Positions 43,900-50,852 of a stretch of 64,000 nt of DNA are shown in pieces (the first letter of the stretch is position 1; the number at the start of each line of letters is the position of its first letter). Source of the DNA: Myxococcales bacterium (GTDB lineage: Bacteria > Myxococcota_A > Bradymonadia > UBA7976 > UBA1532); NCBI GenBank assembly GCA_009692505.1, contig SHZC01000003.1:9169-73168 (forward strand). Direction: 5' to 3'. Both the position numbers and the translations under genes were made by a program. The notes below the pieces were generated by a model. That model ran no database searches. It saw only the letters and a program-made list of their open reading frames with translations, and was not told where the DNA came from.

Positions 43900-44643
43900 A
43901 TGGGTCTCTTCGACTTCCTCTCCAGCAAACCAACCACGGCCAAGATTGAGAAGGCCATGAAGCGGATGCTCAACGAGCATCACCAGCAGCAGGTTCGCCA
44001 GGAGTCCATGGAGGAGCTCTTGGCGTATGGGACGCCGCTGGCGATCGAGGCGCTGACGCGAAGGTTCGCGATGAACTTTCGGGACACGATCGTCAATGAG
44101 CAAGAGAAGCGGTGGGTCGCCGATACGCTCGTCGAGCAGTTCGCCGAGCGCGCCGTCGAGCCGCTCGTCACGTTCCTGCACAAGGAGCAGAACGTCTCCT
44201 ACGCGATTCGAACGTTGTCCCGACTCGTGGACGCCGACCGCCTCGTCGACGAGATGCTCAACGCCCTGAAGCTCTACGCGCCGGCCGACCATCGGACCAT
44301 TCAGGCGCGGCTTCAGTTTGTCGACGCGCTCAATGACCACCCCCACACCCACATCATTCCCGCGCTGCTCCCGTACCTTCGCGACCACGACGATGACGTT
44401 CGTATCAAGGTCACCGAGCTGCTGGAGCGGAAGGCCAAAGACGCTCCGGAGCACCTGCCCGACGTGGGGCGGGCCCTCGCCGACGTGCTCACGGACGCCG
44501 AGGCCTCGGGTCGAATCCTCCGCCGCGTGGCCGAAGCGCTGATCGTCCTAGACATCGACGCGCGCGACGCGCTCCCGGACCTTGAGAAGCACCTGCCGGA
44601 TGGCTATGCGGTCTCTCCTGCGGGCCGACTCATTCGCCGCTGA
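43900..44643 (+). CDS. HEAT-repeat-like hypothetical protein
   Basis: Helical-repeat composition with motifs such as ALLPYLRDHDDDVRIKVTELL. The start is taken at ATG 43900 (MGLFDFL...); the longest ORF starts at 43837. Family assignment is tentative. Confidence 0.5.
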   Translation: MGLFDFLSSKPTTAKIEKAMKRMLNEHHQQQVRQESMEELLAYGTPLAIEALTRRFAMNFRDTIVNEQEKRWVADTLVEQFAERAVEPLVTFLHKEQNVSYAIRTLSRLVDADRLVDEMLNALKLYAPADHRTIQARLQFVDALNDHPHTHIIPALLPYLRDHDDDVRIKVTELLERKAKDAPEHLPDVGRALADVLTDAEASGRILRRVAEALIVLDIDARDALPDLEKHLPDGYAVSPAGRLIRR

Positions 44644-44652
44644 GGCGGTCGC

Positions 44653-45060
44653 TCAGCGCCCGCTCAGGAGCTTCTCGATCGTCTGGGCGTCCGCCGGTGG
44701 GAACTCGTATTGGTCCATCTCCTGCGGCAAGACCCAGCGGTGGTCGTGGACCTTCCGAGGGCGGATGTCCTCGCTGATGAGCTCGCAGCGGTAGACGCAC
44801 AGATCAATCGTGTAGTCGTCGTACTCGTGCTTGATGAACATCGACAGCTTGCCGACACGCACGATGATGTCCATCTCCTCCCGGATCTCCCGGACGAGCG
44901 CGGCCTCATCGGTCTCTCCGGCCTCGACCTTGCCGCTCGGGAACTCCCAGAGCAGCGGCAACGTGGCCGTGGGACGGCGCTGCGTGATGAGGAAGGCACC
45001 ATCGCGCTCAATCTCGGCGGCGACGACCCTGATGGAGCGTTTCGAATTCGAGGAGGTCAA
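44653..45060 (-). CDS. mutT: NUDIX hydrolase, MutT-like (8-oxo-dGTP/CTP diphosphatase type)
   Basis: Nudix box WEFPSGKVEAGETDEAALVREIREEMDI with C-terminal HRWV. TTG start. Confidence 0.75.
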   Translation of the reverse strand: MTSSNSKRSIRVVAAEIERDGAFLITQRRPTATLPLLWEFPSGKVEAGETDEAALVREIREEMDIIVRVGKLSMFIKHEYDDYTIDLCVYRCELISEDIRPRKVHDHRWVLPQEMDQYEFPPADAQTIEKLLSGR

Positions 45061-45150
45061 GGGCGGACTCCCACACCTGAGGCGACGGGCAAGGCAACGG
45101 TAAACTGCCCCATCTTACGGTCGTCAGGCAGCTTGAACAAATTTTCAGTC

Positions 45151-46506
45151 TCAGCGCCGAACAACGAGGCGCTGCCCGGCCTTGAGGGCCTCGCGATTGT
45201 TCATGCCATTCCACTTGCGCAAGTCGGCCACGCGAACGCCATGGCGGGTGGCGATCTCGAACAGTGTATCGCCGGACTTCACGACCAGATGCTTGGCGGG
45301 CACGTCCTTGCCACGACGCGCGGACTCCGACTGCCTGGACCGGGCGTCGGAGCCCCCATCGGCGGTCGCCTGAGCCTCGGTATTACGCCCGGCGGTCGCT
45401 TGAGCCGCGGTGTTACGCCCGGTGAGGGCTTGAGCCGCGGTGCTGCGACCTCGGGGCACGACGAGCTCGAAAGATCGCCCCGAGGGCAGCGCGCTCGAGC
45501 CGAGCGTCGGGTTGAGGCGACGAAGCGTGCGGTAGTCGATGCCAATCTGCCGGGCCGCATCGAGGAGAGACACGCTCCGGCCGGCCGCGAGGCTCATCGT
45601 GAGCGTCTCGACGGGCTCCGGCTCCCAGCCGTCCTCGACACGAAGGTTGAACCCGTAGGCCTCGGGCGCGCTCATCACGAGCTTCGCGGCGATGACGCGC
45701 GGCACATACCGATCGGCCTCATCGATGAGGTCGAGGCGCCAGTAGTCTGACTGACCCTGGGTCGACATCGCGGTCCGCAGCCGGCCTGGCCCGGTATTGT
45801 ACGCGGCCATCGCCAGCGACCAGTCTCCGAGGCTCCGGTTCAGGTCCGCGAGGTACTTCACGCCCGCTTTTGTCGAGCGCTCCAGATCCGCGCGCTCGTC
45901 GTAGGCCTCGGTCACAGAGAGGTCATAGTCCCGCGCCGTGGGGGCCATGAACTGCCAAAACCCGTGGGCATTGGCGTGGCTGGTCACCCCTGCACGAAGG
46001 CCGCTCTCGATCACCGCCAAGTACTTCACATCGTCGCAGGTCTTCTGGGCCGCGGCCTCACGCTCGATGACCGGGAAGACCCGCCGCGCACGCTTCGTCC
46101 ACAAGACGACCTGCTCGCGGTCGCCCAGGATGAGGTAGAGCTCCCGCTCGAGTCGCTCTCGCACGTCCGGATCATCAATGCGGATCTTGCGGCCGCAGAG
46201 CTCGACCTCGTCGGGCAGGCCATAACTGGAGATGTCCAGCGGCCGTCGCGCGAGCTCGGCTTCGAGGCGGGTGATGCGGGCCCCGAGCTCAGCGAGCGTC
46301 CTGTTGGTCTCAGCGAGCGTCCCGGCGGTCGCAGCGAGCGTCCTGTTGGTCTCAGCGAGCGTCCCGGCGGTCGCAGCGAGCGTCCCGGCGGGGGGCGTCA
46401 GCGACGAGGGCTTGCCTTTGGCAAAGGCCACCCCGCTCAGGCAGGTGGTGGCGCTGAGTGCGGCGACCGCGAGGCCTCTGAAAAATCGAGAGGGGTGCGT
46501 AGACAT
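45151..46506 (-). CDS. Membrane-bound lytic murein transglycosylase (SLT domain) with C-terminal LysM (MltD-like)
   Basis: The start is taken at ATG 46506 (MSTHPSRFFRGLAVAAL, signal peptide). The SLT core carries AVIESGLRAG, HGFWQFM and AAYNTGPGRL. LysM: VVKSGDTLFEIATRHGVRVADLRKWNG. Confidence 0.8.
   Translation of the reverse strand: MSTHPSRFFRGLAVAALSATTCLSGVAFAKGKPSSLTPPAGTLAATAGTLAETNRTLAATAGTLAETNRTLAELGARITRLEAELARRPLDISSYGLPDEVELCGRKIRIDDPDVRERLERELYLILGDREQVVLWTKRARRVFPVIEREAAAQKTCDDVKYLAVIESGLRAGVTSHANAHGFWQFMAPTARDYDLSVTEAYDERADLERSTKAGVKYLADLNRSLGDWSLAMAAYNTGPGRLRTAMSTQGQSDYWRLDLIDEADRYVPRVIAAKLVMSAPEAYGFNLRVEDGWEPEPVETLTMSLAAGRSVSLLDAARQIGIDYRTLRRLNPTLGSSALPSGRSFELVVPRGRSTAAQALTGRNTAAQATAGRNTEAQATADGGSDARSRQSESARRGKDVPAKHLVVKSGDTLFEIATRHGVRVADLRKWNGMNNREALKAGQRLVVRR
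45361..45450 (-). repeat. In-frame 3 x 30 bp tandem repeat inside the transglycosylase gene
   Basis: Units at 45361-45390, 45391-45420 and 45421-45450. They encode TAAQALTGRN / TAAQATAGRN / TEAQATADGG-type decapeptides between the SLT-flanking region and LysM. Confidence 0.9.
46288..46392 (-). repeat. In-frame 5 x 21 bp tandem repeat (heptad units) inside the transglycosylase gene
   Basis: Units start at 46288, 46309, 46330, 46351 and 46372. They encode AGTLAAT/AGTLAET/NRTLAAT/AGTLAET/NRTLAEL just after the signal peptide. Confidence 0.9.
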
Positions 46507-46588
46507 GGGCAGCTCCACGGCCTCGCTTGGCCGACGGAGACAATGTATGCCCATGTGTGCTCGCGCGCAAGTCGCGGCGCGACCGGCC

Positions 46589-47017
46589 TCAGAGCTTGTT
46601 GATTCGCTGCTGGACGCTGTCGACCTCGGCCACCCGAAAGCCGAAGGACTCATTGACCACGACGGCCTCGCCCGTGGCGATCACCCGACCGTGCACCGTG
46701 AGGTCGATGAGGTCAGTGGCCATCCGGTCGAGCTCGATGACCGAACCCTGCCCGAGCTGAAGGAGCTCATGCACGGACATTCGCGTGCGGCCGAGCTCCA
46801 CGGAGAGTTCGAGAGGGATCGCCAAAATGAGGTTGAGGGAGGGATCACCAACCGCGTGCGCAACGCCATAGGAGCCACTCTTGGCCTCGCGCATCGGCGG
46901 AGCAGCAGTCGAGAGCGGGCCAAGCTCCGGCTCGTGCTGCTCCTCATCGGAGTCGTCTTGGGACCGCACCTGCGCGAGCAGAGCATCGAGCTCTTCCTGG
47001 GAGAGGATGTCGGACAT
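46589..47017 (-). CDS. fliN: FliN/SpoA-domain protein with N-terminal LSQxEIDALL-type peptide
   Basis: 142 aa. The N-terminus is MSDILSQEELDALLAQV. The C-terminal block is LILAIPLELSVELGRTRMSVHELLQLGQGSVIELDRMATDLIDLTVHGRVIATGEAVVVNESFGFRVAEV. This closely parallels the E. coli FliN C-terminal domain (IPVKLTVELGRTRMTIKELLRLTQGSVVALD...). Confidence 0.75.
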   Translation of the reverse strand: MSDILSQEELDALLAQVRSQDDSDEEQHEPELGPLSTAAPPMREAKSGSYGVAHAVGDPSLNLILAIPLELSVELGRTRMSVHELLQLGQGSVIELDRMATDLIDLTVHGRVIATGEAVVVNESFGFRVAEVDSVQQRINKL

Positions 47018-47098
47018 CCGTGGGAGCCTACGCCAAAAATGCCGTGACGTACAAAGCCCGGCATCGGCGACCCGCTTTGGCAGCTTGCGGCACGCGCG

Positions 47099-49312
47099 CT
47101 AGGGTCTGAGGCAGGCCGAGACGCCGAAGGTCGCGAAGTTGTTCGCCTCGACGCATTCAGCGTTGCGGTTGCTGCTCCCGCCATTGCCGAAGTCCGCGTC
47201 CACGAACGCATAGACGACGTCGGCATCGTCCGGTGGTGCCTCCCACCGACACCCCACACGTTCGCCCTCTCCCGACTCCAGGCGCTCGCTCGTCTCCGTC
47301 TCGCAGATCACCACCCCACCGGCCGACGGCGAGCCGTCGAAGAAGGTGACGGTCAGACCGCGCGGCACCGGCTGGGTGCCCCGGTTGAAGACCTGCACGG
47401 AGAGGTCGACCGCCTCGCACGCCAGTCGCTCCATCGGCCCGTCGGCTCGCACAGTGAGATCGGGCGCCTCCAGTGCCTTGTCGTCGGGCTGGGCATTTTC
47501 GCGAAAGCTGTTGAAACGCTCCCAGTTCACCTCCGGTCGCGGCGGGATCGTGCCGTCCTGGTTGACGTTGGTGATGGAGTAGGCGTTCTGATTCCAGATG
47601 GGCCGACTGTGCACCCAACGATCGGTCACATCTTTGACGACGGTGATGCCGAAGGTCTGGCGAGCGGGGGTGCCGGTATCGGGATCAGGATCGGCGCACG
47701 GGAAACCGCGATCCGAACCGAGGACGATCTCCGAGTTGTAGTCGCCGTCCACGTCGAGAACGATTGGTGCCTCGATCAGGGTGCCAGTGGTGTTCGCCAC
47801 GGCGAGTCGAACCGCGCCCGTGTCGCCGTCGTAGACCCGCAGGAAACACTCGTCGTTGTAGACCACCTCGACCCGTCCATCGCCCTCGAAGTCGAAGGTC
47901 GTCGAGCCGGTGGACCCCGACGAGGTGTCGCGGACGGCCTTGGTCCAACGAACGCCTGGTGATTCGCAGCCCACGGGCAGCGGCTCGCCTACGCACTGGA
48001 GGTCGAAGACTGCGTAAAAATGCGAACCGGCGGTGCCAATCTCCGGTAGGCCATCACCGTCGAAGTCCGCCACGTTCGGGGCACCACCGGCCCACATGGA
48101 GTCGGGCGTGTCGTAGGGCCCGAAGATGACTGTGCCGTCCGGCCTCTGAACCCGCACGCGCGCTTGTCCGAAGACGACCGCCAGCTCCGGGCCAGGAAAC
48201 GTGGGATCAAAATCGGCCACGGCCACATGGCCTGCGGACAGCGCCCTCATCGCGGGAGGGGTAATATCAGTCATTTGACTGTCGAAGATGCGGTTGCCGT
48301 ATACGACCTCCTGCCGACCATCACCATCGAGATCGGCGACCACGGGGATCGGCCCGAAGCCATGGTGGAGGATGGGCGCGGCCTCCCCGTGCAGCGTACC
48401 GTCTTCGCCGTTGATGGCCGTCGTTCCGGCGATGACCTCGGGTTGACCGTCCGCGTCGAGATCGGCGATCGCCGGGGCAGAGCCGAGACCCCCTGCGGCG
48501 ACGGGCGCGGACCACTTCAGCTCGAAGTTCTGATCGAACGCGAAGACGAGGCCGAAGCCCCCGACGGCGACGACCTCGGGGCGTCCGTCCCCGTCGAGAT
48601 CACCCGCAGCCGGGCAGGACTCATTGCTCAAGAGGCCGGTGTTCGACCGCATGAGCTCGGTGCAGTCGTCCCCGCGGATCGCCACGAGGCTCCCGGCGGT
48701 CACTACGACGATCTCCGGGATCTCATCTCCATCGAGATCGAGGGCGATCGGTTGACCGGAGATCTCGCCCCCGGCCCAGTGACACTGGATTTCGGGAGAG
48801 AAGTCGAAGATCTCCGGGGCCAGACGACAGCCCCCGTTGGCCCCGTCACGCGGAGGTCGACCGTAATCGATGCACGCGCTCTCGTGACAGTAGAAGTCGC
48901 CGCTGCAGTCGCGATCACCGGCGCACGAGCGCGTGTCGCACAGCCCATCCAGGCAGGTACGTCCGGCGGCGCAGGCCTCTAATCGCGCACCACCGTCGCG
49001 CGTGCAGACCCAACGATGATTGGGTCCCTCGCACGAGAGGGCCGCGCCGGGGATGCACACGCCGCGGTCAGGGCGTGGGCCGCCGTCGTCCATCCCGGTC
49101 ATGCCGTCAAGGTCATTGACCATTCCGGCGTCGAGCACCTGGAGTCCGGCCGAATCGGGAGGTAAGGGTTCGCAGTTCGAACACGCGCCATCTGTGGAGC
49201 CAATTCCCCGATCCGAAACGTCGGTTCCCGGTGGTGATTGCGGGGGCGTGGACGCCTCGCAGGCGAAGAGTCCGAAAGCAGCGAAACAGATCTGCCAAGG
49301 CTGGAAACTCAC
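47099..49312 (-). CDS. Secreted FG-GAP/VCBS-repeat beta-propeller lipoprotein with C-terminal CARDB-like domain
   Basis: GTG start and lipobox LFAC. A Cys-rich N-terminal region is followed by at least 7 repeats of the xDxDGDGxPExV type (DLDGDEIPEIVV, DLDGDGRPEVVA, DLDADGQPEVIA, DLDGDGRQEVVY, DFDGDGLPEIGT, DFEGDGRVEVVY, DVDGDYNSEIVL). Confidence 0.75.
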   Translation of the reverse strand: MSFQPWQICFAAFGLFACEASTPPQSPPGTDVSDRGIGSTDGACSNCEPLPPDSAGLQVLDAGMVNDLDGMTGMDDGGPRPDRGVCIPGAALSCEGPNHRWVCTRDGGARLEACAAGRTCLDGLCDTRSCAGDRDCSGDFYCHESACIDYGRPPRDGANGGCRLAPEIFDFSPEIQCHWAGGEISGQPIALDLDGDEIPEIVVVTAGSLVAIRGDDCTELMRSNTGLLSNESCPAAGDLDGDGRPEVVAVGGFGLVFAFDQNFELKWSAPVAAGGLGSAPAIADLDADGQPEVIAGTTAINGEDGTLHGEAAPILHHGFGPIPVVADLDGDGRQEVVYGNRIFDSQMTDITPPAMRALSAGHVAVADFDPTFPGPELAVVFGQARVRVQRPDGTVIFGPYDTPDSMWAGGAPNVADFDGDGLPEIGTAGSHFYAVFDLQCVGEPLPVGCESPGVRWTKAVRDTSSGSTGSTTFDFEGDGRVEVVYNDECFLRVYDGDTGAVRLAVANTTGTLIEAPIVLDVDGDYNSEIVLGSDRGFPCADPDPDTGTPARQTFGITVVKDVTDRWVHSRPIWNQNAYSITNVNQDGTIPPRPEVNWERFNSFRENAQPDDKALEAPDLTVRADGPMERLACEAVDLSVQVFNRGTQPVPRGLTVTFFDGSPSAGGVVICETETSERLESGEGERVGCRWEAPPDDADVVYAFVDADFGNGGSSNRNAECVEANNFATFGVSACLRP

Positions 49313-49627
49313 GGTTCACCTCAAGAAAGGAAGACCACGTTGGCACTCTGGAACCTCCCGGTCGATGGGACGAATCAATACGTCGGGGCGAGCTTCGGAA
49401 AACGGTGCCCAGGCATGGCGGGCTCGGCACCTGATTCGTATCCGCGTTCCGAACCGGCCAACCGAGCCCGCTCCGAGGGCCTGATTTGCGGAACGGCCAC
49501 GCGCTCGCAATAATCCCACCCGGGCCCACAAACTCCCGCGAGTGAGTGCCCGATCTCGCGGGCGGGTCCACCGGGGTGGCGGTGTTTGCCCGACGCCGTC
49601 GCCCCAACTCGTTCTTTCGTAGAGGCT

Positions 49628-50344
49628 ATGTACATCGCTCGATCGCGGAACGCCCGCTATCCCTCATCCCAGGTCGAAGGACTCGCCGCCCGGCTCGGCG
49701 TTGAGTACATCGAAGATCACCCGGTCCCCGCGGACCGACTGGGGTTGCTCGTCTCGAACGCCGGTTATCTCCTCTATGTGCCCGGACATCCGCCTCAGGC
49801 GTGGCACCCGGGCATGACCGTCATGCGGTGCCGTACGCCGGAGCGAGACCCGCTGATTCGGGCGCTCGGGCTCTTGCCGGGAGAGACGGTCCTCGACGGC
49901 ACCCTCGGGCTCGGGCACGACGCCTGGGTCGTCCTCTCGGTCGGGGGCCGGGTCATCGGCGTCGAGGCCAACCCCCTGCTCGCATTGTTCACGGAAACCG
50001 GGATGCGAACCGTGGATCCGGAGCGATGTCGAGGGCTTCGGGTGATCACCGGACGTTTCGAGGCGCACCTCACGGCGCCGCGTGCGGAGGTCTACGATCA
50101 CGTCTACCTGGACCCGCTCTTTGGAGGCGAAGGTCAAGCGAGCGCCGGGACCTGGGCACCGATTCGGGCGGTCGGGCGCGCTGGGCGGTTCGACCTCGAC
50201 GGTCTCCTCTTGGCATTCGACTCGGCCCGACGACAGCTCGTCGTGAAGCTGGCCCCCGGCGAGGCACCCCCGAGTCTGCCGGGCCGACCGGAGCCCGTGA
50301 TCGTGTCCTCCAAACGCCTGGCGTTCGCGGTTTGGGCGCATTGA
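49628..50344 (+). CDS. rsmJ: Class I SAM-dependent methyltransferase, RsmJ-like (16S rRNA m2G1516 type)
   Basis: VLDGTLGLGHDAWVVLSVGGRVIGVEANPLLALF, HVYLDPLFG and LVVKLAPGEAPPSL parallel E. coli RsmJ ([43 protein letters not shown]). The start is taken at ATG 49628; the longest ORF starts at 49586. Confidence 0.65.
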   Translation: MYIARSRNARYPSSQVEGLAARLGVEYIEDHPVPADRLGLLVSNAGYLLYVPGHPPQAWHPGMTVMRCRTPERDPLIRALGLLPGETVLDGTLGLGHDAWVVLSVGGRVIGVEANPLLALFTETGMRTVDPERCRGLRVITGRFEAHLTAPRAEVYDHVYLDPLFGGEGQASAGTWAPIRAVGRAGRFDLDGLLLAFDSARRQLVVKLAPGEAPPSLPGRPEPVIVSSKRLAFAVWAH

Positions 50345-50375
50345 ATTCGCGGCGGGTCTAGGCGAAGGTTCGGGC

Positions 50376-50816
50376 GTGATCCACTTGCCCACGGCCACCG
50401 GCGGACGCGTGACGTTCACCGGCCAACCTGGACGGGTCGTCGGCCAAGGCGAGCTGCTCGCGCGCATCGCGCCAGAGGCCCCAGACGACGGTCCCGTTGA
50501 GGAGCTCGTCGCCCCCTTCGACGCCATCGTGGCCGTTCAGCGACTCGGCGCGGAGCTCGCCCCCCGCCACGCGAGGATCGTTGGCCTGCGGCGGGTTGTA
50601 AGAGCCTCGATGGAGGGGCGCGTGCGCTGGCAGGCCGAGCTCGGGCCGGTCAACGCGGACTCCTGCGTCGCGCTCCTCGTCAGCCGGTCGGGGGAGGTCT
50701 TGCGGGCGCAGCGAGCGGGCGCCGTGGGTTGGATAGGCGAGGTCTTCACGCGCGCCGGGCGCATGGTGCAGCAGGGGGACGCGCTGCTGGAGATTCGCGG
50801 CGAGGAATTGGGCTGA
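50376..50816 (+). CDS. Hypothetical protein with lipoyl/biotinyl-hairpin-like half-motifs
   Basis: 146 aa with a GTG start. It contains repeated beta-hairpin-like segments ending in GELLARI and GDALLEI. No attachment lysine motif was seen. Weak call. Confidence 0.35.
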   Translation: MIHLPTATGGRVTFTGQPGRVVGQGELLARIAPEAPDDGPVEELVAPFDAIVAVQRLGAELAPRHARIVGLRRVVRASMEGRVRWQAELGPVNADSCVALLVSRSGEVLRAQRAGAVGWIGEVFTRAGRMVQQGDALLEIRGEELG

Positions 50817-50852
50817 GGGACAGGCCTGGGGGACCTCGCTGCGGGGGCCGCG

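Noticed and set aside
49396-49413. Sigma-54-like element (minus strand TGGGCACCGTTTTCCG) upstream of the FG-GAP lipoprotein gene
   Set aside because: The -24 GG is present, but the -12 element reads TCCG instead of TTGC at the required spacing. This is too weak to call by eye.
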